Shown: positions 37,721 to 50,750 of the stretch, in pieces
Numbering within the stretch: the first letter of the stretch is position 1
Layout: the number at the start of each line of letters is the position of its first letter
DNA from: Azolla caroliniana
Lineage: Eukaryota > Plantae > Polypodiophyta
DNA: 64,000 bases
Direction of reading: 5' to 3'
Assembly: GCA_043228905.1 (NCBI GenBank)
Contig: JBHGNT010000014.1
Coordinates: 16,926,001 to 16,990,000 of the forward strand
The notes under the pieces: generated by a model
What the model was told of the DNA's origin: nothing
Seen by the model: only the letters and a program-made list of their open reading frames with translations
Databases searched by the model: none
Position numbers and translations under genes: made by a program

Positions 37721-37958
37721 TGACCTTATGAAGACGATTGATGATGAACAAGAAAGGAGAGAAAACTACCCAAATAATCACTAAGTAAAGAATTTTCTGT
37801 TTGAAGGGTAGTTTGGTAAATATGGCTTGTACATTTGAGTGTATATTTACTTTATAGAGTGTATTTTTTTAGACATAGGGGTAGTTTGGTAAATTTAGAA
37901 CTTTCAGGGGCATTCTGGTAAATAGACAAACTTCCAGGGGTATCCTGGTATTTTTCCC
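35883..37958. mobile_element. Non-autonomous Mutator-like element (Pack-MULE), 2076 bp
   Basis: ~160-bp TIRs (35883-36041 / 37799-37958) starting GGGAAAA; 9-bp TSD ATTTTGTTA at 35874-35882 and 37959-37967. No transposase seen; carries host-gene-like sequence. Confidence 0.92.
36476..36856 (+). pseudogene. Captured fragment of a plant PB1 (octicosapeptide/Phox/Bem1p) domain gene
   Basis: [30 protein letters not shown] at ~36665-36755 matches the plant PB1 start KxxCSxGGxIxPRPxDxxLxYVGGxTRI; the rest of the domain is missing. Confidence 0.85.
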
Positions 37959-38439
37959 ATTTTGTTATTGCATCATTGTTTGACATAGGTGAGCCATCAT
38001 TTGATACTTGACCTTTGTTCTACCATTATTGTTTAAGCCATGTTCACGTTTTTCAGGTTAGGTTCACTAGTACGTCGAGTAGTGTTATGTGCTTGAGATG
38101 GGAAGAGGCATGGTGCCCCATTTCACATGAGGTGTACTAGATAATACATGAGTGAGAGAAAAGACAAAAGAGAAAGATGGAAAGCTTGAAAGATAGACCA
38201 AAACTTGATATAAATGAAAACATATAATGTATTTTACTCTAAGATTCCATCTATTATTACAATGACCATAAAGGTCAATTTATACTCTTCAACTAATCCT
38301 CTCAAGTTGTCCAAACTTGCTTCAAAATGATTATCAATATATAGTAGATCCTTAACCAAGAGCGAGAAGGCGTATATCAAGTAATCACTTACTTTGGACA
38401 ATTGGATTGAACCCAACCTCATCAATGGAGCCTTGTCAT

Positions 38440-38910
38440 AGGGATCCACCATTAAACTTGTTGTTCCTCACCAACCAGGATACAAACAATCACGGAGATA
38501 TACCATTGAACTCATTGTCCCCAACCAACCAAAATGCAATCATGCTTAGTATATGTCCCAAGTAGATATGATATATCTAACCATGTCACAACTACTAAGG
38601 CAACAATTGCAAATTGTCATCCATAATGCGCATGGACCCCTGTAATGAGGATTTACCATTGAACTCGTTGTCCTTCACCAACCACAATACAACCATGGTT
38701 GGCATATGTCCCAAGGAGATATCAAACCATGCCATGACTACTAAGGCAACAATAGCAAATTGTCATCCACACAGACCCCTATCATGGGGATCTACCATTG
38801 AACTTGTTGTCCCTCATCAACCAGAATACAATTATGGTTGGCATCTGTCCCAAGGAAATATCTAACCATGCCACAAGTACTAAGGTGACAATCGCAGATT
38901 GTTATTCCTT
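38440..38910. repeat. Tandem ~140-150-bp repeat, 3 copies plus a partial copy
   Basis: Recurring ACCATTGAACT..TTGTCC...CAACC...TGTCCCAAG...AACCATG...ACTAAGG..ACAAT.GCA.ATTGT. Confidence 0.75.
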
Positions 38911-39085
38911 ATGCGAAGTGGGTCCCTATTGAGATTTTCTTCCTTTTTCTGTCTGCTTATGGCGTTCCTAACAAAGGTCGGTATCCCATGAGTGTACCAA
39001 GAGAAAGTCATTTGACAAGCTAGCTAGCTAGATACTGTGACAATCAACGCATGCATCGACAATGTGGCCTTTTGAGAAAGCATGA

Positions 39086-39194
39086 GGGGTAGATTGGGAA
39101 TTTTGTGTGAATTGGAGGGTATTTGGGGAATTATGTAAATATGAGGGGCATTTCGGCAATTATGTAAATACGAGGGGCATCTCGGTAATTAGCC
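39086..39194. mobile_element. Solitary Mutator-TIR-like repeat block next to the putative PPR transcription start
   Basis: ~28-bp repeats GGGGCAT.TCGG.AATTATGTAAATA.GA, similar in style to the GGGTAGTTTGGTAAAT subrepeats in the Pack-MULE TIRs; no partner TIR found. Confidence 0.4.
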
Positions 39195-40838
39195 TTTTCT
39201 CCTTCCCCTGCGTCTTCTTTCTTCTTCTTCTTCTTCTTCTTCTTCTTCTGAGAGAAGCTCAATCCTTCCGCTGTTGAAGGTAAGTGGACACAGAGGACTG
39301 CAACAGATCGGTTTCTCTTCCTTTCTCACCAGGAGGGGGGAAACTCGAGAATGAAAGGTGAGAAGAACTCACTAAATCTCCTTCTGTTTCCGTTCTGTCC
39401 TGTCTACTTCTTTTATTTTTTGTCGTTATCTTCTGTCTTTATCATGTTCACCGGAAGAACTGAATAGTTGAGATGAAAACGAATGCCTCATTCTTGGAGC
39501 ATGGCGATTTTTTAGGATTTTAGGTCTTTGGTTTTAGGGATAGGATCGTTAAGGTTCAAATTTAGTAATTTAAGGTGTCAGAGCCTTTAGATTGTTTACA
39601 ATTTTCAAGTTTTAGGTTTTAAGTTTGTAATCTCCACGTGATGAAGAGCTTTTGGACCTTCAAGTTCAACTACAAGATATTGTGAAGAATTTGCACTGTC
39701 AATGTTATTAGAAGGCAAGATTACATCAGTTACAAGAAGGATTTATAGATAATTAGTTACAAGCTCATATGCTTTTTCAAGGATTAAGACCATCATATGC
39801 CCGTTCAAATATGGTGCAAATTAAAACAGGATATGAGATTTTTGTGGACCCAATCTAGGTTATTGAGGTATGTACCTCTCATTTTAAGGATTTGATTAGG
39901 CCGCAATTGATTATAAATGAGGATGTGTTGAAAGCAAGTCAAGAGTTTTATAATGTAGTTGGGTGTATATTGTGAATACAGATATTTGTCAAAAGTTAGA
40001 GAATATACCATAGGAGAAACTACTAAAATTTCTTATATCTAACAGAAATTCAAAAAATATGGTTGCTTAATTTTTAAATTCCTGATGATGCTTGTTCAAA
40101 TTGAGCCTCCTAATCACATAAAAACTAAGATTAAGCACATAGCTAAGAAAAATCATAAGCAACGCAGATCACATGATATATTTAGAGTATGTGCTTAATC
40201 AAGGGTACAGCCACAGTTACTGATAGTATATATCAGTGCAATTAAACTAAATATCATAATTATGGATCGTGCATATTAACATAATCAACTGAAGCAGCTA
40301 CTTAGACAAATTAACCTTCTAACTAGAGCTTAAAGTAGCAAATCGAACTTCAAATTCTGTCAATTAGGAAATCCCACTTTGTAATCAGGAGCATAAGTAA
40401 TAAGTTAAACTTCTGAGCTGCCTAATTAAGGCATGTTCACTTTAGAATTAAAGAGAAATTAGTCATTATGTCTTGCCGTCAGTTGAACTTGTTTCGTAAT
40501 TATTGTAAATTAATCTTCGCATGGCATCACATATTCTTGTTAAGGTATATTAGGTGTTCATTCTTAATTTTTCATGTGGCGAGCATTTTAACTTTGAGCC
40601 AGCAAATGTAGACAATTTCAAAAAGAAGGAAACTTTCTTTTTGAATTTGCTGTACAGATAAAGCATATACTGTATATATCCATGTGTACATACTCTATCT
40701 CTTTTCCCCTGCATGAAAATTTCGGGATTCAAACAAACTTATTATAGAGTAGATGAAAAAACGGGTTAAAAAGAGAGGTTGATTTAGTTCGTCCTGATGC
40801 GGCTTAATTCAAAATCTTAATGCAGATTTAGGTAAAAA

Positions 40839-43800
40839 ATGATCATTCTGCGGATTAGATCAGATGTTAGATCTCGACTGCTCCCATTTCACAAGAAACA
40901 AGCCCTATTTTTATCACATCACATATATGTCCAAGAAGAATCTTTGGCAATGGTTTGTAATGGAAAAGAAAAAAAAGAAAAAGCAAGAAATTCAGATGAA
41001 GTTACTTTTGAGAATGTGTTTTCCTCAAATAACATCATCATGATGTTTTCCCGGGATTCAATGTACCGACTCTTAAGGCAATGCATTGAAGAGAAAAAAG
41101 GCCTTATTTGGTCAAGAAGGATACATTGCCTTATTGTAATCAACGGACTTGAATGGATTGGTGTGCTCACAGATCATCTCATTAGAGCTTATGCTTGTTG
41201 TGGGTGTTTATCATCATCAAACCAGGTATTCTCCAAGCTTTCCGTAGCTAATATTTATACATGGAATGCAATCATATCTGTACATGTGAACTTTAGTGAA
41301 TATGACAGGGCTTTTGATTTGTATAGTATAATGCCCAAGAATGGTAGCACTAGACCGGACAAAATTACATTTTTATGCATGTTGCAAGCTTGTTCTAGTG
41401 TGAAAAACATTGGAATGGGTCGGATTCTACATGAAGAAATTGTATGTATTGGGCTCGATTCAGTCCTTGATATTTCTAGCTCTCTTGTTCATATGTATAC
41501 ACAATGTGGGTCTGTACTAGAAGGGTATAAGGTTTTTAATGGAATTAGGAATCCAGATGTTGTATCGTGGGGAGCAATTATATCTGGTTATGCTCAATTT
41601 GGTTGCAATGCAGCTGTCTTTGAACTATTCGAGAAGTTGCAAGGAGAGTCAATTCAACCAGATAGAGGCATATATATGTGCTTTATAAAATGTTGTGCAG
41701 AAATAGGTGATATTGAATGGGGTCGGAAGATACATGGACAAGTGAGAGAAAGTGTATTTAGCTCAGATATTATTCTCGCTAGTGCTATCATCGATATGTA
41801 CTCAACCTGTGGAAGCTTGACAGAAGCTTATGATATGTTTGGACATATATCTAACCGTGATGTTGTAACTTGGGGTGCTATGATGTCAGCATATATCCGC
41901 CATGGTCTATTTCTTTCTGCTCTTAGACTATATGAAGACATGGAACATGATTGTGTGGAGCCAGACCACATTATCTTTTCATTTATCATAAAATCATGCA
42001 TGAAAGTTGGCAATTTATTGCTTGGAAGATGGATTCATGCTGATGTCATTCGTCGTAACCTCGATTCGTACATGATACTTAACAATTCTTTAATTGATCT
42101 ATACATGAAATTTGGTAGCTTGGAGGAGGCAAACAATATGTTTGAGAAGTCATCAAAACACGAAGTAGCAACATGGGATATCATGATTGGAGGTTATCTT
42201 GATAATAGTCTTGCTGATATTGCACTTGCCAAATTTTATGAAATGAAAGGTATAGGAGTAGTCCCAAATGAAGTTACTTATCTTTGCATGCTGAAAGTTT
42301 GTTCTAGGCTCTTACAGTTGAAGGAGGCAAGGCTGATTCATGATGAAATCATAAGAAGTAAATTAGAATCAGACATAGCCATTGGGAATGCCATGGTTGA
42401 TATGTATGCTAAGTGTCAATCTTTAGAAGAAGCAGAGAAAATTTTCAATAGTTTGCAAAATAAAGATGTCGTTAGCTGGGGTGCTTTGATTGGAGGATTT
42501 GCTCAGAGTGGAGATTCTATAAAAGCTCTTGATTTGTTGCAAAAAATGAAGCAAGAGGGTACTGTAGCAGCAGATGAAATTGCATATCTTAGTGGAATGA
42601 AAGCAATTGGAAGCATTAGAGCATGCAAGGCAGGCCGTGTACTTCACGATCAAATTATTCGGTGTGGATTCGAATCACATTCTTCTATAGGAAACTCACT
42701 TGTTGACATGTATGCAAAATGTGGAAGCTTAGAGGAAGCACATAGAGAATTCAACTCAATACATAAGAAAGATGCTATTACATGGGGTACAATGATTGGA
42801 GGATATGCCCTAAATAGCCATGGAGATGAAGCATTCTTATTATTTGAACAAATGCAACGAGGAGGTATTTGCCCAGATCAAGCAACATTTGTGGGTGTCC
42901 TAAAAGCATGTGGTCGCTCAGGAGCATTAGAAGGAGGCCAATATGTACATGGTTTGATCCTTCAAAGCAGATTCGCTGAGGATAAGGTGATTGGCAATGC
43001 CCTTATTGATATGTATGTAAAATGTGGTGACTTGTGGAGAGCACATCGAGTTTTTGACACATTGCCAATTCGAGACATTGTATCCTGGAGCTCGATGATT
43101 GGTGGATATGCTAGGCATGGATTTAGTTATGATGCTCTGGATCTCTATGAACAAATGCATCAAGAGGGTTTAGAGCCCTCTAGAGTGTCTTATTTGTGCA
43201 CTTTGCAAGCATGTGCAAGTATCGGAGCAGTTGAATATGGTCGCCTTGTCCATAACCATATTAGAATATCTGGACTCGAATTTGATATGGCTCTTGGAAA
43301 CACTCTTATGGACCTGTATGTACGATATGGAGAAGTAGAGCGAGCGTTAGAAGTTTTCGAAGAGCTTCCATCACGAAATTTGGTATCGTGGAATGTGATA
43401 ATGGATGGATACGCTTCTCATGGAAATTATTCGCAAGTCATCCGATGCTTTCACACCATGGTACAAGAAGGTTTGACGCCAGATCATATAGTGTTTACTA
43501 CTATACTTGAAGCTTGCAATAATGCGATTTTGCTGCAAGAGGCATTTCTATGCTTCAACTCCATGAATGAAGAACATTGTATCTCCCCAAATATTAATCA
43601 TTATAACTATTTGAGCAATATCCTTGTACATGGGGGCATGCTTCGAGAAGCGTTTGAGTTAACACACACAATGCCTTGGACACCAGATTGCATTATGTGG
43701 ATAACTTTGCTTAAGAAATGCACAACATATGGAAGTGAAGAATCTGGATGTCGATATTTTGATCGAGTTCAAGAAATTAGTGGACAAGTTGATGCTTCCA

Positions 43801-44270
43801 AGTGGTTGTCAGAGAACTCCGTTGATGATTCTTTATTCATAAAAACTTGTGGCATCTCTGAGCTTAGAGGTTCAAGGCCTACAAACATAACCCATATGGA
43901 AGTGATTGAATTGGATTGCGATGATTCCATCTCAAGAAATCACATCCTAGATCTCAAAGAAAATGAACCTAAAACAGAAAGCATGTCTCATTTATCTAAT
44001 GGTATTTTATTGACTTATGTGGAGAAGAAGGAAATTATTCATGGCAATGTATATCCCAGAAATCTTAAGATCCCATGTAATGTTCCATCATATTCTGTTA
44101 GCAAAATGGTTACAAGATTTTCATCTAGATTTCAAAATAAAAGCATCATAGAAAGTTTTGTTGGGTTCTTTTCTAAATTCCATGTTCTCTCTATAAGAAT
44201 GTCATTAACAAATTTATCCATCCACAAAATACAATGGAGTTTATTGGTTATCAAATTGATTGACATTTAG
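40839..44270 (+). CDS. PLS-class pentatricopeptide repeat protein, 1143 aa, E1-like motif then non-PPR tail (no DYW)
   Basis: 8 S-type motifs (e.g. NSLVDMYAKCGSLEEA) in PLS triplets, P2-L2-S2, E1-like DCIMWITLLKKC. Likely 5'-UTR intron from AG|GTAAGT at 39280 to TGCAG at 40825, after a CT-rich leader. Confidence 0.92.
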   Translation: MIILRIRSDVRSRLLPFHKKQALFLSHHIYVQEESLAMVCNGKEKKEKARNSDEVTFENVFSSNNIIMMFSRDSMYRLLRQCIEEKKGLIWSRRIHCLIVINGLEWIGVLTDHLIRAYACCGCLSSSNQVFSKLSVANIYTWNAIISVHVNFSEYDRAFDLYSIMPKNGSTRPDKITFLCMLQACSSVKNIGMGRILHEEIVCIGLDSVLDISSSLVHMYTQCGSVLEGYKVFNGIRNPDVVSWGAIISGYAQFGCNAAVFELFEKLQGESIQPDRGIYMCFIKCCAEIGDIEWGRKIHGQVRESVFSSDIILASAIIDMYSTCGSLTEAYDMFGHISNRDVVTWGAMMSAYIRHGLFLSALRLYEDMEHDCVEPDHIIFSFIIKSCMKVGNLLLGRWIHADVIRRNLDSYMILNNSLIDLYMKFGSLEEANNMFEKSSKHEVATWDIMIGGYLDNSLADIALAKFYEMKGIGVVPNEVTYLCMLKVCSRLLQLKEARLIHDEIIRSKLESDIAIGNAMVDMYAKCQSLEEAEKIFNSLQNKDVVSWGALIGGFAQSGDSIKALDLLQKMKQEGTVAADEIAYLSGMKAIGSIRACKAGRVLHDQIIRCGFESHSSIGNSLVDMYAKCGSLEEAHREFNSIHKKDAITWGTMIGGYALNSHGDEAFLLFEQMQRGGICPDQATFVGVLKACGRSGALEGGQYVHGLILQSRFAEDKVIGNALIDMYVKCGDLWRAHRVFDTLPIRDIVSWSSMIGGYARHGFSYDALDLYEQMHQEGLEPSRVSYLCTLQACASIGAVEYGRLVHNHIRISGLEFDMALGNTLMDLYVRYGEVERALEVFEELPSRNLVSWNVIMDGYASHGNYSQVIRCFHTMVQEGLTPDHIVFTTILEACNNAILLQEAFLCFNSMNEEHCISPNINHYNYLSNILVHGGMLREAFELTHTMPWTPDCIMWITLLKKCTTYGSEESGCRYFDRVQEISGQVDASKWLSENSVDDSLFIKTCGISELRGSRPTNITHMEVIELDCDDSISRNHILDLKENEPKTESMSHLSNGILLTYVEKKEIIHGNVYPRNLKIPCNVPSYSVSKMVTRFSSRFQNKSIIESFVGFFSKFHVLSIRMSLTNLSIHKIQWSLLVIKLIDI

Positions 44271-47200
44271 CCACAAACTTGAAGTAAGAGTCATTGGGTC
44301 TTCGAATAGTTAGTTTCCTCGAAATTTTGAGCATGAATTCAGCTCAAAAAACATATATATGGAATTTAAGATAAACCTAGACAATAGTTGTATGATGTGG
44401 TGACATAGATAACATACAACATATCCAGTAATGAGGAACCTTGTTTTTCTAAGATGGATAGAGGGTATACTCCATGGGAATTTGAATCCTCACCACCTCT
44501 CAACTAAGCGAAAGTACAAGCAATAGATCTAGAGCCATCCTTGATTGTTCACAAATAAAAAGTCCAAGGATTGACAAGGTGGATTAGGGCAAATATAAGA
44601 AAACCTAGGAGTTCACCGTTTCTCCCTTATAGAATGTTTGTCTTGTTAGAATTTGAAATATTGATTAGCATAGTTGATGAGCAATTCTTCCACAATAAGT
44701 AGCTTACGCTAGTTAAATTACCAATGGCATGTTCTATGCAACAATTTACAATCTATGTCTATGTTGAATTTTTATCTTGTGACTGGCTCACTACTTAGTT
44801 CATTAACGTCACCATGAAAACCACATAGTTTTTCACCTTATAGTTTTGCACACATTAAGAGCATCAAGAAACTATACATTTCCCGGTCTCTCTCAACACC
44901 ACAAACTGGCATGGTTTGTGTGCGAAATCATAATAAGAAGATTGAGTTTATTTTCAAAAGGTTTAGAAGCCAAAAGAGCAAGGAGTTTGAAGACCTAAAA
45001 ATACCAAATTTATCAATTGTACCTATATTCAGTTTTATCAAATGTATATGCAATCATTGTAGTATAATCATAAGCATTCCCAATTGTATGGCCCAAATTC
45101 AATCTTCACCGACAACACTCTATGATTATAAAACTCTTCTAAATCAACAAAGAAGTATATTGAAGTTTCTGTATGCACGCAACACAACATGATATGTGGT
45201 TGGTTTAGTATCATTTTAGATTTTGTTAGATTTTTGAATTCAACTCACCTTCTATTTTATGTCATTTCCTTCATATCGTTATCTAGATTCTATACAATCA
45301 TTTTGGTATACACAAGAAATGAGACAATAGAAGTCAAAGTCTAAACATAAATTGTCATTATACTTGATACATGGGGCAAGTTACTCTTCTCATCATATAT
45401 ATTTGGTTTTTGTTGCTCTTAACACGTAACTTTCGTTCAGTCTCATAGGTCATTTGGCTTCTTAAAAAAAGGTTACTATATCGTTCCTTCTTTTGTTCTA
45501 CCCGGAGCTTTGAACTTCTCTCAATTTCAACAAGCCAATCATATGTAAAACAAAAGGTCAGTCTAGCTCCTTAGCTTGAATAATTTCATGAATAAAATAA
45601 AGTGTGTCTTAGTGTGAAAGCAACACCACCTAGTAAAATATCTACCTTCCATTCCCAAAATAACTAGATGCCTAAATTTGTCTTTTTCATTGTTCGATCA
45701 TATTTCTGTGAGCACAAAGATGCCAAATGATTTTTTCATTGTAATATGTTGACTCTTGAATACCGCTCATAACAAATACAAGGTGAATGATTTGTACAGC
45801 TGGTGGTTTACAATAATTAGTATGGCGGTTGTGGCGGTTGTAAGAAATTGAAATAAATGATGCTTTATAATGAAATAGCAAAGTGGGTTTCAAGACATGA
45901 GAGAAAGAGAAGATTAGATAGATAGAATGGGGACCTTTAGTACAACATTCAAAGACACCATTTATATAAACTAGGCTACATTAGGTGTTAGTACTTAGCC
46001 TCGATGATTACAAGTCAATATTTAATGCCTTGCCTTGATTGTAAAGGAAATATTTATTAGATGCCTTCCAAGTGTGATACATTTAGCAAAGATATTTGGA
46101 GAACATATTCTATGATTAGGGGGTGTGTGGGTGTGTGATTGAGGATCCCAAGCTCTAAAGTTTGTTGTAAGTTAGTCCTCATGTTGTTTTCTTTCATAAT
46201 GTAAGGTATTATTTTGCAAAGAGAGTGATAGAGAGAACACAAATATATATTTGAAACATTATATAGATATCCAACTGAGTTTTATATCAATATAGCATGT
46301 CTGTTGGGAATTTCTTTTGGCGAGTTCCGCAATTCATAACCCGAGGTTCTTTTTTCTTAATTCACGTATGGGTCAATGATGTCATAGAAAGGGGAAAAAT
46401 ATGTTTTTAAAAGCTTGTCTTCATGGAAAAAGTTCACCAACTTGAATTAAGAAGCTTGCCCACCGCTTGCTAAACAGTTGAACATATTCATGTTCTCTAC
46501 TTCGATGCGATGCATAAGAGAAAATGTGTAGCAAGATTTCATTTCTACCATTAATTAAACTAGGTGGTCCATCTTAGAAAGTAATGTCGAGAATATCTAA
46601 GAAAACTATATATATTAAGGTGGGACATTTTATTGCAACATGATCGAGCTACAGTATATAAATATCCATGCTCGATTAGATTTTTGTGGACATTATTTGA
46701 TGCTTAAAAAAGTATACAACAAGAAATCGAGGGAATGTCGTTCTTATAATATAAAGAGAACAAATATTGCTTAAAAGGGAGAGAAAGAAGAAATCCATTT
46801 TGAAATCATTATGACATGCATATCCAAAGGAAATTGTAATTTGTTATTTTCCGAACACAAGAATGACATGCATTGTTCAACTCTTTTAGACCCCAAGGTC
46901 ATCTATAATAATTGGCTTCAGGCCCACAACATTCGGATCACAAAAACATGCAAGAGAGATGGTGGCGATCTTGATGATTGAAGACCAAACATACTTCGTT
47001 TTTCCTAGAAACATGGTTTGGACTAACTTACAAGTACATAATTGGAATAAGTTTGAAAGAAAAGGTTGTAATCCAAAGGAACGTACATAAAATTTAAAGT
47101 GATAGAATGTTAAAACTCAATCAACAAATGTCTTCGTTGATGAGCATCGATTTCAGGAATGTTTTTACTCGTAATGTTTCGATGGTAGAAACTATAGCAC

Positions 47201-47599
47201 AAATTGGCCCCTCTCTACTATACAAGCATTGATCTGATAGGCGTCTCTCCATATCTCCTCTTGACAATACATGGTTTTATACTTCTCTTGTTAGTGAATC
47301 GATGGGTTTAAACTCAATGGGATTTGGTTGGATAAAAAGTTTTTAGTTTTGCCTTCCATTTTCACTAATTTCTCTTGTGTTATTAGCATTCTCTTTTAAG
47401 AAGACAATGATACTACTTCAACACTTGTAAAGTCATATATGACAATCGTATAGTTTTAAACGTTTGGGCCATAGGAAAGTGAACTTGTCAAGCCATTGTC
47501 CTAGATGGAAACTATTTACACTCATGATATCTTGAACTGGACACATGAAGTTTTCAATGTTGAATTGCATCATCAAACTCGTTTGCTTGAAATTTGAAT

Positions 47600-49000
47600 C
47601 AATATTCTATAATAAGAAAACAATATTTCTTTGTTTTTGACCTTGCATACACAATTTGATGTTATTTACATGACATGCACAAAAGGGCAAGCTCTAACAT
47701 TTTGTGGAAAACACTTGTTGGTATTTTAGTTGATGATTACTTAGCTCCCAAGGTTTGGAATGACCATAGTAGAATCTAATCTACTATAAGTGACTTTTGT
47801 ATAGGATTGAAGCTATCATACGACATTGTCGTAGTGTCAATGAGCAAAATACCCATGACAAGTTCTTATTGAGCATCCTCTCTATCAAACATTTGATATA
47901 TGCAAGCTCTATGACCTTTTATCCATTATTTTGAGCATATGTATTCATAGCCAGACATTTTTTATCGTTCTAAACATTTACCACTTACTCATTCTATATG
48001 TCTACTCTCTTTGAAGTCGATCTTGCATGTGAACTTCTAAAATTTAAAGTATTTAAACGGAAAAATGGAAACTTTGAAGCATTGTTTGTGATGCTTTGAA
48101 CACAACGCATAGCTACCATGAACCAAAAAACCCAAAATCTTTCAAATGAACATGAAGCTTTTCATTGTTTTGAATCAAAGGCCAATAGCGTATGAGTACA
48201 TCCAAAGATCATGAGCTACCTAAAAATGTTAAGGCACTTCATATTACATGAAGGGCATACATGTGATATCACTAGTCACATGAATGAGAAATGTCCTTAC
48301 AAATTCGCTTGATGACGTCTTTCTATTTGAATATCATGTAAAAAATTACTCTTTTGAACTGGATTATTGTCTACATTCCTTCACATTTTTTCAGAAGTAG
48401 CCATCAATCCAAGAAGGTTGAGAAATGTTAGCATGCTATTGTTGCAAGTTTTTAAACCAATATTGGTAAAAATCGTGAAGGTATTAGTTCATAATAATCG
48501 AGATAGGTGTGTTCTCGATTTGTGTAGATGGTCTCTCAAACACATGCTTTGCAAGTTGATTGTTGATATAGTCTTCCTTGATTTTTGTGTTGTAGATTTG
48601 AAAGTGTTAATATATGCCAAGCTACAATGTGAAACCATTGCATTTATGCATCGTCTAAGAGACTTTAGACATCGCCCCAAATGATGGATTTGTGAGGGTT
48701 TTTAAATCACATTTTAACATGTGGATGTGATGCTTGATTTCTTGAAGTATTGCCCAATGGGTTGATGTTGAATTTACTTTAAAGGTCTTCATAAATTTAG
48801 GATGATGCTTTTATATGTGGATTGTTGTTTTGCTACTAAGGCTGCCAATGACTTTATAACATCAACAAATGGTACATCTTTTCTCCATAAAAACATATCG
48901 CATTGTCTTTTAACCGACATTTAAAAGGCAAAGGCAATGCTAGTCAGCATGGGGTGAGCCTTCTTCTATACACCAATAATCAAATCTCAATTCCTTCAAT
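47600..49000 (-). mobile_element. Possible very old MULE/SWIM transposase relic
   Basis: Scattered minus-strand fragments resembling DDA..WH, W...R...TNNA, RVD and CK.HQI; no intact ORF or termini. Confidence 0.3.
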
Positions 49001-50750
49001 ATCAATGGTTTGTAATCAAACTATATTTCTCCGAATCGTCAAAACCAATGTCAGATCTTAGCATGATTGATTTTGCGTACCTCTCTCTAACAATTTACGC
49101 TATATATAGTAAATAACAAAGTAAAAACATAATGTTGTAGCATAAACGGAGGCTAGGATCGGGCAAGACACTGAAATGACCTTTTTCTCGATGCATAAAG
49201 AAAGCCTATTAATCTACAATGTCATCGATATTTTGGATCTCTTATGTAAGTTACATGGAAAATCTAGCTTGGACAAAGGCAAATATTATGTGGTGACTAT
49301 CTTTCCATACCATCTCGTTAGCTCATAAAAGTATACTTCAATTATGGTTTCATCAAGACTTTTGATATTATGGATTAGACAAATCAGAACTGTGTATTTC
49401 ACATTTGACAGTGACATGAATTGAGCTAGAGGGGATGAGGCGCGAGGAACATGACTTGTGGTGGTGGCCTTGACATTCAATAGAATAGAACACGAGTCAC
49501 ACTATCCAGACCATGAGTTGGAGATAGATAAATAAAAAGGGACGAAATCTTGTTGGTATGCATGCACGGAATCCCGACTTAAATCGTAGTAGACGTTTTG
49601 CAGTTAAGTTATTGCAGTTGTCCGACTAGTTTATGCTTGGAGAGGTTGTGTGAAATCCATAGGTTGGGATGTGTGGGGCGAGGTAACTTCTTGTGTAGTA
49701 GCAATACGAAGATACGGTTGGATGAAAGAAGGCATCACATCCCGTCCCGTCCTGTCCCGTCTCATCCCATCCCATACTATGCAGGTCGGTTCCACATTAT
49801 GAGAAAGCAATATTGGCCTGATCTAAGCGTTGTGAGAGCCTCTTTTTGTGTTGCTTGCGAATCATCGGTCTTGTAGAAGAAGTTGTCACCATAAGTTTTG
49901 GTTGGCTATGGTGGGAGAAGTTGCTATAGGGTGGATGAATGAATGAATGTATGTATTGGGGGGACATGTGAACGAGGGCCTATGCTTAGTTATCTCTCTC
50001 ATGTCTTCTTATTTTCGGTTTTTACATCTCTCATGTGACTAGGGAGTATCACTCTACATGCAAGTGTCCAACTTATGCCCAGATAAGGGCAAAATACCAA
50101 GGCTTACTAGGGCCCTCTCCTACCCTCTCTAGAGTCCAAACTATAAATATAACCCAAATATAAAGAAACTAGGTAGATTTATCTTAAAGCTAAAACAACA
50201 TAGGGAGAATAAGTTACAAAATGTTAACCAGAACCTTTCTAAGATTCACCAACATGTAACCAATGAAAATTTTTTAGGAATAGAAGGGAGACGGTGAATG
50301 TGGACACACTCGTACTGAATGCCCTCGGATGTCGGGCCTCAAAGTAACACGTGGTGTAGAAACAATTAAGAAAAATAGGGAACATGAGTTACACCGCCTA
50401 GAAGCTATGGTCGAGATACCTTTTACATTGGGACTACCACGGGCCACACCCACATCGAAAACCCTTTGACCCTTTGCTCCTTTTCGAGAGACTTGGATGG
50501 AAATGAAAGTAGGCCATAACACAAAGCCATTTCCTTTATAAAGTATGTTTACGGTTACAAACATAACATAACATAACGTATTTTGTACAATACTAGAACT
50601 TTTTTTATCTAAGTTTTATTTTATTTTTAATTTCAATCACCCCCTATTTTGTTGTAAAATTGGGTCTTAGAAGACGTTAATATATCGCTCTTTCTTTCCC
50701 TCTCGCTCTCTCTCTCTCTCGGCTTCTAATTTTTGTTCATATGTTGCTCG

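Noticed and set aside
44470-44545. SINE-like B box (GGATTCAAATTCC on minus)
   Set aside because: No convincing A box, tail or TSD.
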